A stretch of DNA of 64,000 nucleotides from Bacteroidales bacterium (GCA_017962545.1 JAGCVD010000036.1:33148-97147); one strand, 5' to 3'. Shown: positions 1 through 9,781, counted from the stretch's first letter. A program made the numbers and translations. The notes: generated by a model not told the origin, from the letters alone.

Positions 1-420
1 CCGCCACAGGGCAAGAACTTGTCTACACCTGCTGGTTCGACCAAGACTACAGCACCCACCAGACCTACAACCTCGCCAACGGGATCAACCTCATCGATGT
101 CACCACCCTCAGCGAGGGGTATCATATCCTGCACCTGCGCCTCGGCAGAGGTTCAAGTTCCTCCGCCCGTAGTTTCCTTTTCTACAAACCCATTGAGGAG
201 GACACGACCGTCTCAGGGCAGGAACTCGTCTACACCTGCTGGTTCGACCAGAACTACAGCACCCACCAGACCTACAACCTCGCCAACGGGATCAACCTCA
301 TCGATGTCACCACCCTCAGCGAGGGGTATCATATCCTGCACCTGCGCCTCGGCACAGGTGCAAGTTCCTCCGCACGTAGTTACCTTTTCTACAAGCCCAT
401 GCAGCAGGACACAACGGCGA
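1..420 (+). repeat. 207-bp (69-codon) in-frame tandem repeat: two near-identical copies plus a degenerate third
   Basis: nt 9-215 align with 216-422 at a fixed offset of 207 with few mismatches. The peptide is QELVYTCWFDQ(D/N)YSTHQTYNLANGINLIDVTTLSEGYHILHLRLG.G.SSSARS.LFYKP. The window starts inside a copy. Confidence 0.9.
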
Positions 421-3400
421 TAGACGCTTCGCAGTCAACGCTGGTCTACTGGTTTGATGGGGAGACAACCCCTCACAAGATTTCACCGGCGTTAGGTTCC
501 CATATCATAGTGCCACCCGCTATTGAGTGTGGGGAACAAGGCTATATCCATACTGCGCTGAAGGTGGGTGGACGGTATGTCACTTCCGTCAGGAGCCATC
601 GTTTTGTAATGATGGACTCTGTATGTTGCATTGCCCCGTTGTATGTGACCGTTGACAGCATCACCGAAACGGGTGCACGTATCCATTGGGCATACAACCG
701 CGAGGAGAATTTCTCCATTGCCATTGATACCATCCCATTCTCTCCCGATAGCACTACGCCAACTCTGTCCCTGACAGATACCGTCTACCGCTTCTCCGAC
801 CTGCATTCCGCCAAGGACTACTACTATGCTGTGAAAACCGACTGCGACACGCATTCGAATCCTTGGGTGACGGGTACATGGACAACGATCTGCCGGACTC
901 TGACGCAGACGGTGGTGGCAACTTGCGACAATTATACATGGCGCGGACAGGATTATACCCAAAGCGGTGCGTACCGTGACACGGTGGTGAGCGTGAATGG
1001 CTATGACGAGACATGCGACAGCATCTATGAGTTGCAGCTGACATTGCACTACAGCGACAGCGCGGTGGTGGACGTGACGGCTTGCCGCAATTACACATGG
1101 CACGACAGCACCTATACCGTCAGCACCGACACAGCGCGTTTCGAGACAACCACACGGCACGGCTGCGACAGCCTCGTGATCCTGCACCTGACGGTGAATA
1201 ACAACACCTATCCCGACAGCACGGTGTACGACACTGTATGTGGTCACTACGCATGGCATGGGCGGACATACAGTTCCACAGGTGTATACACCTACCCACA
1301 CGAATATGCCGGCTCCCCCTGTCCAAGCATCGACACGTTGCGGCTGACGGTGTACCCAAAGTACGACATCCATCAGTATGCAGCCATTTTCGAGGGTGAC
1401 AGCACATGGTTTGACGGCAACTGGTATACATTGGCGGGGGTGTATCGGGACAGCCTTGTTAGTGTAAACGGCTGCGACAGCATCAGAACTCTGCATGTGA
1501 GCATCAAACCTGTGGGGGTGCAGATTGAACAGTCCTCAGTGTGCCAGGGTGTGGCATACGCGGGCAACCATTTCCAAGTGCCGGAGAGCGTCACGGCCGT
1601 CTCCACGGGAGTGCTGATGATGCGCGATACATTGCGTAGCCGTGGATTCGACTCTATCATTTTTGGCTTGGATCTGGATGTGATGTTGGCACATCTGAAT
1701 CCTGTTAGGAATATGACACCGATACAAGGAGATACTATCCGGACTGGATCGATTGTGCTGCGATGGAATGCTGTTCGCGCTGCGACAGGATACGGGGTGT
1801 ATGTATGGAAAATCGGGGAGTCGATGCCTACAACACCGACATATACTACGCCATACACATTTCAACCCATTACCACCTACGATAATTACACTACATATAA
1901 TTGGAAAGTGGAATCGTTCAATCCATGCGATACGATAGATGGCACGGTGCAACAATATTCCATTTATAAACGACCTAAACTGATTGCTTGGAATGATACA
2001 ATCTTTTTTGGTGAAGTTGGGTTCAATCAATCAACAACCCGTAGCATAAGATTCGATGGTTCCAATCTGGTGGATTCCATTTATCTATCGCTGTATGGTG
2101 CTGACTCTGCCATGTTTGGCATCACATCTAATCGGTTGAACAGATTGGGTGGTAGTATAGATGTGACATTTACACCTACTATGGCTCAGCGCACGTATAA
2201 TGCCTATCTTGTGGCTGAAAGTGGAGGTTTGCAAGATACAGTATCTCTTAGTGGATTGTTGGCAGGATTTTATGTTTTTACCATTCAGCCGATAGATAGT
2301 ATACAATCACCATCCACGCCAGTCAATATCGTTGGCACGCTGACAGATGTGACTGGAACCCCATTGGAGAATGAATTGGTGGATGTGTATGTTACTATAA
2401 TGGGACGCACAATAATTGTCACTGATAACACAGATGCACAGGGGCACTTTGGTATGACCTACGTTCCCCTTACTTCTGAGTGTGGGTATTACGAAGTGGG
2501 AGCTGCTTTGCATGGAGACACGGAACGAGAGACACTCGAATCGTTCAATATCCCTGGTATAAGTATCGTTACTGTACGCCCTGTGTGGGTGGTAACACAA
2601 GGCGATACTTTAATGGGCAACATTGAGATACGGAATCGCTGCAATATGACGTTGCATAATATTACGGCATTAGGCAGTATTCTGCCAGCTGGTTTAATTA
2701 TCTCGTTCGATACTATAACACTTGCTCCATTTTCCAGTGCATATATGACTTTTTATTTGGTAGGTGATAGCGTCTCCCCGAACAACCAGTATGAGACGCT
2801 TCGTATCGCCACTAAGTGTGATGAAGGAAGACTTGCTAATTTGAATGCATATTACTACTGTCAAAGGCCTAGTGCTGACCTGCAAATAGCATTCGACAGT
2901 CTGGAATGTGCCATTGTGCCAGGTCAGCAGAAAGTGGTGGATGTAGCATTATACAACAATACTGACAACATTTTTCACAATGTGCAATTACAGATACCCT
3001 CAGGGCTCATCGGCGTGAGTTTACTGAAAACCGATAGTATATACAGCATTGCCCCGCATGACTCACTTTTCATACCATTGTTGATATACTTTCCTGACGG
3101 GACACCGCTTGCTCCCATCACTGGAGATTTTGTTGTGAGTGCCACGGGGATAGGTCCACAGTTGATACCTTTCGTACTAAACATGGTTTCTGATGCTGTG
3201 GGAAGTCTGCGTGTCATTGTTTCTAATGAATACACTTATTACAATAATGGTCCGCATGTTAGTGATGCTACAGTGTCTGTCGTTGGCTACTATAGTCTTG
3301 ACACTATTGCGTGGGGGGTGACGGGAAATAATGGACAGGTGCTGTTTGACTCGTTACCGGAAGGGTATTACATGCTACATGTCAGTGCACCAGAAAATAA

Positions 3401-6400
3401 TGATTTTTCGAAAATAATACAAGTCAAGGGTGGGTTGGTCAATCTGCAAAATGTTGATCTTGATTTCCAGGCGGTGACATATAGTTTTGAGGTGTACCAA
3501 AAAGATCTTGACGACCATTGGGGTGTAAGGCTAAAAACTGATTACAAGACCAATGTGCCCAAACCTGCAATCGTGCTAAATATACCGAAACTCAACATAA
3601 ACAATGATGGTAGTTTTAGTAGTTTTGACATAACGGCAACCAATTATGGATTGGTAGATTGCTACGATGTCTCGCTGATAATACCTACATCAGAGACGTA
3701 TGAGTTTGTACCATTAGTAGATGTTATTGATACAATAAAGGCTCTGAGCAGCGTGATGATTCCCTGTATGGTACGCAATAAGTTTATATACGATACCATC
3801 CAGTCAATTATAAGTTCAAGCCATTATGTGGCAGATACTACTTATTATATCCACACTTATACACAGATTTTTGAAGATTATTACGATACAATGATATATG
3901 TGCCCGTAACGGACACAATCAACGACACGATCACCCATGGTGTTGATGTTTGGGACACTTTTTTGGTTAGTTTGCCCCAATATGGTACGGACACTGTTGT
4001 GGATTCGGTGATAAAAAACATTATTTTAATAGATAGTCGGACATACGATACTCTAATAATAATTGGTGAGGAATCTTATCTTGAATACGGAAGTTGCGAA
4101 ACCTTGCCATTCCGATTGTTGGCACATTATAAATGTGACAATAATACCCAAAAGGAGGTCTTCTCGCATTTTGTCATAGAACCGATAGACTGTTCCACAA
4201 CAAAAGAAGAAGCCACAGAAAAAGCACGGAGAATAGGGGAATGTAGGAATTGTGGAGGTTGTATCGACTGTTATCACCCGAATCCAGATCCTCGGGTAGG
4301 CCCTGACCCGAGTCCGGTGCAGGATACAGGATTTATTTATCGGCCTGATATTAAATTGCCCAAGTTAATACTACCTGAGCTACCCCCAATCTTCACTCTT
4401 CCATGGGAATGTGAACCATGTTGGTATGCTGCATTAAGAAATGGACTTGAATGTGGGGGAAATATTCTGTTAACTATTGCTACAAATGGTATTTATACTC
4501 CATATTATAGAGCAGAAACCATAAAACAGGCATCATCAGGATTGAGTCATAGACCTGACGTATGGAGAATAGGTACAAGTGGACTTCATGAAGTCGCAAG
4601 TAATGATGCAATAGCGTACAGGGTTCAGCACACTGCATGGAAACGGGCTGTGCGTAGTAAGAATCCTGCCGATGTAACCAAAGCGGTAATAAGAGAAGGG
4701 TATAATTATACTAGGACATCTGTGAGGTATATGGATGAAGCTCTGTATTACAAGAAAATGAGTGATGCTGTTGACGCTTTCGGATATACAACAAGTTCCC
4801 TCGGTATAAGTAGGAATCTCTACGAAAAAGAGTATTTAGAGGCATCGAAAAATTTGATTTATATGGGGGTTGGGATGAAATTTCCTTGGATAGGGACTGC
4901 CATAGGGTGTCTCGAAAACGTAAAAGATGCTTGGAATATTTGTTTTGGTTCCTCATCTGTCTATGAGATACCATGGATGCGTTCCAGGGTTACCTCCGAT
5001 ACTATACTATATCCTACAAATATTCAGTATGTATTAGAATATTATGACACCATACATGCAATATGTAATAGGATATTGAACGATACTCTTGTTGTTTATT
5101 CTTCCCACCCAGAAATCGTCACTGATATAGTTTCTTATTTGGTCTCGGTTGATAGCGCCATTCTGGATAGTGTCTCTCGATGCTATGATACAACCATAAC
5201 TGTGATAGACACTTCTATTCTGAGAAGATATGTGGAACGATGGAATAGAACAATAAGCTACTATAAAAATGGTTGGATATCTCCTGAGTTTGTTCCTGAA
5301 GGTTTCTCTACTGACTATTTCTTTCTCGATACCAATACAACACAAAAATTAGTTGAATTAGAACTATATGCCATGGATCAAGATTATTGGTCAATCGATG
5401 AAATGATGGTTGCTACTATAGATTCTTTAATTTCATACCCCAATAAACGTTCCGTCTGTGCCGGTGTGTCTCTCCAGTTCTCGCAAGAGGTGGCCATGAC
5501 ACGCGAAGCTTTTGAGGGGATTCTCACTATCAAGAACCCGCACGACACCGCCGCACTCCGCAATCTGTCTTTGGCATTCACCGTGACCGACACGGCAGGA
5601 CACGACTGCTCCGACAAGTTCGACATCAGCATTCTCCGGCAGGAGGGCGTGGGTGCCGATAGCAGCATCGCACCAGGCAGTACTGGTACTGTCACCGTGC
5701 GCTTTGTGCCGCTCATGTCGGCAGCGCCGACAGACTCGGTGCCATATCTCTTCGGCGGCACTGTCGACTACACCAACCCCTATACCCACTTGGATGTCTC
5801 CGACGACCTGCGCCCCGTAAGGCTTACCGTTAGCCCCTCGCCCCATCTGCGCCTCGACTATTTCATGCCTCACGACATCATTGCCGATGACCCGATGACA
5901 GCACCTATGATAGAGTCCGCCGTTCCCGCCACCGTCGGTCTCCGTGTCCTCAACGATGGCATGGGCATCGCCAGAAATGTCCGTCTCTCGGCACTCTCCC
6001 TACAGATTACTGAGAACCGGCAAGGGTTGGCTGTCAACTTTTCCATGCTCAACACCATGCGCAATGGTGCCGGATTCTCCTTACCCCTTGGCGACATCTC
6101 ACTGGGTGCTATCAACCCGCAGAACACCCAAACGCTGGAGTATTCCTTTGTCAGTTCCCTGTTGGGAACACTGACCGTCCGCGACATTGAGGTTATCCAC
6201 AACAGCTCGGTCGACGACCACGACATGAACCTCGTGGATGCCTACGCCCACAAGCTTGTCCACCCCGTCATGGAGTACAAGGCAGGCTCTGACAGCATCC
6301 ATGAGTTCCTTACTGACGACGTTGCCAACGGTCTTGACCGTCCCGACAGCCTCTTCTTCTCTACCGGTCGCGCAGTCCCTGTCCTGATGGCAGACAGCAC

Positions 6401-8987
6401 CATTTTCAACCACTATGTGGAAGCGTTGGACACCATGGTGCAGGTGACCCTCTATCCCGATACCATCGGCTGGAACTACGGCACTACTGCAGATCCGGGC
6501 CGTGGCAAGTACGAGATTGTCTCCTGCGTCCGCGATGATAATGTCCGCATTCCCTTGGATAATGTCTGGCTCACTTTTGTTGACTTGCCTGATGAATTGG
6601 ATCCTGTGTATGTCAACAAACTGCACCTGCTTGACACCCTCCCGGAAATGCGGCCTACGGTCTATAATGTCACGTTCCGCCGCCTACCGGGTCTGCTGAT
6701 GGTGGACAGCATCACACACCTCCCGTTGGTGGACACCTACATTCCTGTCGACTCCTTCGTGGTGCATTTCAATAAGGGCGTCCTCGACACCACTTTCACC
6801 TATGCCGATCTCTCCCTCAAGTGCAATAACGGAGGGGAGATGATGGACAGCACGGTCACCGTCACGCGCTTGGATGACACCACCTTCAGTGTCGACATTT
6901 CCCGCAAGACCTATGGATTCGGCCTCTATATCCTAAAGGTGATGGCTGACGGCATCCGCGACTTGAGCGGCCACTATGGTATCGGCGGAATGGAGGCGCA
7001 CTGGGTGCGTACCACCTGCGACCCCTATTACGACAGCATCTCCCTCAGTGTCTGCGACAGCCTCCTGTGGCAGGATACCCTTCTGACTGCTTCGGGCATC
7101 TATTACGACACCTTGCCAGGAATGTATGGCTGTGACACCATTTTGGTGTTGAACCTCACTGTAAACTACAGCAACACGGCAATCGAGACCATCACCACCT
7201 GCGACAGCCTCACATGGCACGGCGCCACCTACGCCACCAGCACTAATACACCCACCTTCACCTCCCTGAATTCCGCAGGTTGCGACTCTGTGACCACCCT
7301 CCACCTCACCGTCAACTACAGCAACACGGCTATCGAGACCCTCACCACCTGCGACAGCCTCACCTGGCACGGCCAATCCTACACAACCACTACCTCCACA
7401 CCCACCTTCACCTCCCTGAATGCCGCGGGCTGCGACTCTGTGACCACCCTCCACCTCACCATCAACTACAGCAACGCGGCGATCGAGACCCTTACCACCT
7501 GCGACAGCCTCACCTGGCACGGCCAATCATACACATCCAGCACCTCCACGCCCACCTTCACCTCCCTTAACGCCGCAGGTTGCGACAGCGTCACCACCCT
7601 CCACCTCACCGTCAACTACAGCAATACAGGAACCGAAACCCTCACCACCTGCGACAGCCTCACCTGGCACGGCCAGTCCTACACCGCCAGCATCTCCACA
7701 CCCACCTTCACCTCCCTGAACGCCGCAGGATGTGACTCTGTGACCACCCTCCACCTCACCGTAAACTACAGCAACACAAGCATTGAGACCGTGACGGCGT
7801 GTAACAGCTATGTGTGGCACGGGACGGAGTACACCGCCAGTACCAATACGCCAACTTACACTACTACCAATGCTGTAGGTTGCGACAGCGTGGTAACACT
7901 GCACCTTACCATTATCGAGTGCTCGACAACGGCCATCACGGCCTGCGACAGCTACACATGGCATGGCGTCACATACACCTCGGGCGGGACATACATGGAC
8001 GGCACCGACACGCTGGTATTGACTCTCAACTACAGCACTTCCGCCACGGAGACGGTCACAACGTGCGACTCGTACACTTGGCACGGGACAACATTCACGA
8101 CAACGGGAACTGTGACCGATACGCTGACCAACGCTGCGGGTTGCGACAGCATGACGACCCTCAACCTCACCGTCAACTACAGCAACACAGGGACGGAGAC
8201 CGTGACAGCGTGCAACAGCTTCATCTGGCACGGGACGGAGTACACCGCTTCGACGGATACCGCCACCTACACAACTACCAATGCGGCGGGATGCGACTCG
8301 GTCACAACGCTGCTCCTTACCATCATTGAGTGCTCTACTACGACCATCACGGCTTGCGACAGTTACACGTGGCACGACAGCACTTACACGGTGAGTGGTC
8401 TCTACACAGACGGCGTCGACACGCTCGACCTCACCATCCACTACAGCACGACAGGCACAGAGACCCTCGCCGCCTGCGATAGCATCAATTGGCATGGCAA
8501 TACCTACACTGCCAGCACATCCACGCCGACATTCGACACGCTCAACGTATGGGAGTGCGACAGCACGGTTACGCTGAACCTCACCATCCACTACAGCGTG
8601 CATGACACGCTGACGGAGACGGCTGTCGACAGCTTCCTGTGGGATGGCAGGACACTGACGGAGAGCGGGAGTTATTCCTACGAGGGTTTGACAGTCGAGG
8701 GGTGCGACAGCATCGTGGTGCTGAACCTTATCGTCACGCACGACTCGACTTTCATCGACTTGCCCGACGGACGCGACATCCGCGTCTATCCCAATCCCAC
8801 CTCGGGATGGCTGACAATCGAAGCCGAGAATGTCATGGAAGTCAGGGTATTCGACAACCAAGGCAAACTGGTCAAAGTCTTCCGAAAGACGAATCCCATC
8901 GACTTGACAGAACTGCCCACTGGCCAATACCTGCTGCACATCTTCCTGCACGACGGCAGCGGCGTGAAGAAGGTCATCAAACGGTAA
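3..8987 (+). CDS. giant secreted multidomain surface protein (T9SS cargo), 5' end outside the window
   Basis: I hand-translated frame 3 from nt 3 to 398 and found no stops; the ORF track starts only at the first ATG (399). The C-terminus (IRVYPNPTSGWLTIEAE...GQYLLHIFLHDGSGVKKVIKR) fits the T9SS type-A sorting domain pattern. It has carboxypeptidase-regulatory-like stretches (e.g. VSDATVSVVGYY...GQVLFDSLPEGYYMLHV) and about 16 CxSxxWHG...GCDS modules near the start and the end. Confidence 0.85.
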   Translation, partial: ATGQELVYTCWFDQDYSTHQTYNLANGINLIDVTTLSEGYHILHLRLGRGSSSSARSFLFYKPIEEDTTVSGQELVYTCWFDQNYSTHQTYNLANGINLIDVTTLSEGYHILHLRLGTGASSSARSYLFYKPMQQDTTAIDASQSTLVYWFDGETTPHKISPALGSHIIVPPAIECGEQGYIHTALKVGGRYVTSVRSHRFVMMDSVCCIAPLYVTVDSITETGARIHWAYNREENFSIAIDTIPFSPDSTTPTLSLTDTVYRFSDLHSAKDYYYAVKTDCDTHSNPWVTGTWTTICRTLTQTVVATCDNYTWRGQDYTQSGAYRDTVVSVNGYDETCDSIYELQLTLHYSDSAVVDVTACRNYTWHDSTYTVSTDTARFETTTRHGCDSLVILHLTVNNNTYPDSTVYDTVCGHYAWHGRTYSSTGVYTYPHEYAGSPCPSIDTLRLTVYPKYDIHQYAAIFEGDSTWFDGNWYTLAGVYRDSLVSVNGCDSIRTLHVSIKPVGVQIEQSSVCQGVAYAGNHFQVPESVTAVSTGVLMMRDTLRSRGFDSIIFGLDLDVMLAHLNPVRNMTPIQGDTIRTGSIVLRWNAVRAATGYGVYVWKIGESMPTTPTYTTPYTFQPITTYDNYTTYNWKVESFNPCDTIDGTVQQYSIYKRPKLIAWNDTIFFGEVGFNQSTTRSIRFDGSNLVDSIYLSLYGADSAMFGITSNRLNRLGGSIDVTFTPTMAQRTYNAYLVAESGGLQDTVSLSGLLAGFYVFTIQPIDSIQSPSTPVNIVGTLTDVTGTPLENELVDVYVTIMGRTIIVTDNTDAQGHFGMTYVPLTSECGYYEVGAALHGDTERETLESFNIPGISIVTVRPVWVVTQGDTLMGNIEIRNRCNMTLHNITALGSILPAGLIISFDTITLAPFSSAYMTFYLVGDSVSPNNQYETLRIATKCDEGRLANLNAYYYCQRPSADLQIAFDSLECAIVPGQQKVVDVALYNNTDNIFHNVQLQIPSGLIGVSLLKTDSIYSIAPHDSLFIPLLIYFPDGTPLAPITGDFVVSATGIGPQLIPFVLNMVSDAVGSLRVIVSNEYTYYNNGPHVSDATVSVVGYYSLDTIAWGVTGNNGQVLFDSLPEGYYMLHVSAPENNDFSKIIQVKGGLVNLQNVDLDFQAVTYSFEVYQKDLDDHWGVRLKTDYKTNVPKPAIVLNIPKLNINNDGSFSSFDITATNYGLVDCYDVSLIIPTSETYEFVPLVDVIDTIKALSSVMIPCMVRNKFIYDTIQSIISSSHYVADTTYYIHTYTQIFEDYYDTMIYVPVTDTINDTITHGVDVWDTFLVSLPQYGTDTVVDSVIKNIILIDSRTYDTLIIIGEESYLEYGSCETLPFRLLAHYKCDNNTQKEVFSHFVIEPIDCSTTKEEATEKARRIGECRNCGGCIDCYHPNPDPRVGPDPSPVQDTGFIYRPDIKLPKLILPELPPIFTLPWECEPCWYAALRNGLECGGNILLTIATNGIYTPYYRAETIKQASSGLSHRPDVWRIGTSGLHEVASNDAIAYRVQHTAWKRAVRSKNPADVTKAVIREGYNYTRTSVRYMDEALYYKKMSDAVDAFGYTTSSLGISRNLYEKEYLEASKNLIYMGVGMKFPWIGTAIGCLENVKDAWNICFGSSSVYEIPWMRSRVTSDTILYPTNIQYVLEYYDTIHAICNRILNDTLVVYSSHPEIVTDIVSYLVSVDSAILDSVSRCYDTTITVIDTSILRRYVERWNRTISYYKNGWISPEFVPEGFSTDYFFLDTNTTQKLVELELYAMDQDYWSIDEMMVATIDSLISYPNKRSVCAGVSLQFSQEVAMTREAFEGILTIKNPHDTAALRNLSLAFTVTDTAGHDCSDKFDISILRQEGVGADSSIAPGSTGTVTVRFVPLMSAAPTDSVPYLFGGTVDYTNPYTHLDVSDDLRPVRLTVSPSPHLRLDYFMPHDIIADDPMTAPMIESAVPATVGLRVLNDGMGIARNVRLSALSLQITENRQGLAVNFSMLNTMRNGAGFSLPLGDISLGAINPQNTQTLEYSFVSSLLGTLTVRDIEVIHNSSVDDHDMNLVDAYAHKLVHPVMEYKAGSDSIHEFLTDDVANGLDRPDSLFFSTGRAVPVLMADSTIFNHYVEALDTMVQVTLYPDTIGWNYGTTADPGRGKYEIVSCVRDDNVRIPLDNVWLTFVDLPDELDPVYVNKLHLLDTLPEMRPTVYNVTFRRLPGLLMVDSITHLPLVDTYIPVDSFVVHFNKGVLDTTFTYADLSLKCNNGGEMMDSTVTVTRLDDTTFSVDISRKTYGFGLYILKVMADGIRDLSGHYGIGGMEAHWVRTTCDPYYDSISLSVCDSLLWQDTLLTASGIYYDTLPGMYGCDTILVLNLTVNYSNTAIETITTCDSLTWHGATYATSTNTPTFTSLNSAGCDSVTTLHLTVNYSNTAIETLTTCDSLTWHGQSYTTTTSTPTFTSLNAAGCDSVTTLHLTINYSNAAIETLTTCDSLTWHGQSYTSSTSTPTFTSLNAAGCDSVTTLHLTVNYSNTGTETLTTCDSLTWHGQSYTASISTPTFTSLNAAGCDSVTTLHLTVNYSNTSIETVTACNSYVWHGTEYTASTNTPTYTTTNAVGCDSVVTLHLTIIECSTTAITACDSYTWHGVTYTSGGTYMDGTDTLVLTLNYSTSATETVTTCDSYTWHGTTFTTTGTVTDTLTNAAGCDSMTTLNLTVNYSNTGTETVTACNSFIWHGTEYTASTDTATYTTTNAAGCDSVTTLLLTIIECSTTTITACDSYTWHDSTYTVSGLYTDGVDTLDLTIHYSTTGTETLAACDSINWHGNTYTASTSTPTFDTLNVWECDSTVTLNLTIHYSVHDTLTETAVDSFLWDGRTLTESGSYSYEGLTVEGCDSIVVLNLIVTHDSTFIDLPDGRDIRVYPNPTSGWLTIEAENVMEVRVFDNQGKLVKVFRKTNPIDLTELPTGQYLLHIFLHDGSGVKKVIKR
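7150..7760 (+). repeat. four near-identical 150-bp (50-codon) tandem coding repeats, the core of a degenerate array spanning about 7020-8740
   Basis: gcgacagcctcac(a/c)tggcac recurs at 7201, 7351, 7501 and 7651 (period 150). The peptide unit is T(I/L)TTCDSLTWHG.(T/S)Y...T(N/S)TPTFTSLN(S/A)AGCDSVTTLHLT(V/I)NYSN. Confidence 0.95.
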
Positions 8988-9012
8988 GCCTGTTGTCAGC
9001 GCTTACATACCA

Positions 9013-9046
9013 TAGAGGGGTCCCGCCGTCCGGCGGGACCCCTCTA
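9013..9046. terminator. perfect 15-bp GC-rich hairpin between convergent genes (candidate bidirectional terminator)
   Basis: tagaggggtcccgcc-gtcc-ggcgggacccctcta. It lies 26 nt after the giant gene's stop. There is only a weak T tract. Confidence 0.55.
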
Positions 9047-9208
9047 TTACAGTTATTAATCCTAAAAACCAAAGAGTTGGCACGTATGACAAAGTATAGC
9101 TTTCCTTTGATTTCCAAGTGCAAAGATACTGCCTTTCCGCGACATGAAGAGTCACTAATGGTAGTGATTTGCGAGGGGATTAGGTAGGGAAAGCCTCTGC
9201 GTCAGACT

Positions 9209-9781
9209 CTATGGTAGGAGGTTATGGAGTGTGGCATAGACCGTTAGGCCGGCAACAGACTTGATGCCTGTCTTGCGGGTGATGTTCTTGCGGTGGGTGT
9301 TGACGGTATGGATGGAGATGAAGAGTCGGTCAGCTATCTCTTTGCTGCTGCATCCCTGGGCGACAAGTATCAGCACCTCCCTCTCTCGATCGGAAAGTTC
9401 GTAATTCTCTTCCTCGGAGGAAGCCTCTGGCGTAGCCGCGAGACTGTCGCGGAGTATCTGTGAGACATGGTTCTGCGGTTCACGGATATCGAGGAGGGCT
9501 GTGAAAGACTGGAGGATACCCGGGTCGATATACTGGTAGACCAATCCGACAATCGACATGGAAGGACGTGCCTGCCGGAGGTCGGCAAGCAGCATGTTGG
9601 CAGGCACAGGGAGCAACGTGGGGTTGATGAGGAGGATGTCGGGTTGAAGGACCGGCAGACGCAGGACGAGGTCGTTGGCGTTGCGCAATGGGGCGAGGAG
9701 GTTGAACTCGCCATCAAGAATGGAGAAGAGTCCTTCGCGGATGATGTCGGAAGGCTCTACAATGAGCAAGTTGCCACTCAC
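9209..9781 (-). CDS. LuxR/GerE-family transcription regulator with a degenerate (pseudo-)receiver domain
   Basis: The C-terminus (LSDREREVLILVAQGCSSKEIADRLFISIHTVNTHRKNI) is a GerE-type HTH. The N-terminus has a receiver-like layout but reads LLIVEPSD where the acidic pair is expected and PDILLINP where the phospho-acceptor Asp is expected. Confidence 0.8.
   Translation of the reverse strand: MSGNLLIVEPSDIIREGLFSILDGEFNLLAPLRNANDLVLRLPVLQPDILLINPTLLPVPANMLLADLRQARPSMSIVGLVYQYIDPGILQSFTALLDIREPQNHVSQILRDSLAATPEASSEEENYELSDREREVLILVAQGCSSKEIADRLFISIHTVNTHRKNITRKTGIKSVAGLTVYATLHNLLP

Noticed and set aside
19-423. 134-aa ORF in frame 1 at the window start (MSTPAGSTKTTAPTRP...).
   Set aside because: It overlaps the open frame-3 continuation of the giant gene. 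The product is Ser/Thr/Pro/Arg low complexity and repeats only because the underlying DNA is the 207-bp repeat.
7150-7760. Regularly spaced 150-bp repeats that could superficially resemble a CRISPR-like array.
   Set aside because: The repeats are contiguous with no unique spacers. They lie in frame within a long ORF and encode a protein module. There are no cas genes.
9121-9128. A perfect TATCTTTG -7 box on the minus strand, pointing toward the 9013-9046 hairpin (possible ~80-nt small RNA).
   Set aside because: A single 8-mer match has no -33 element and no supporting structure or conservation that I can assess. It could be chance in an AT-rich spacer. It is kept only as a note for RNA-seq inspection.
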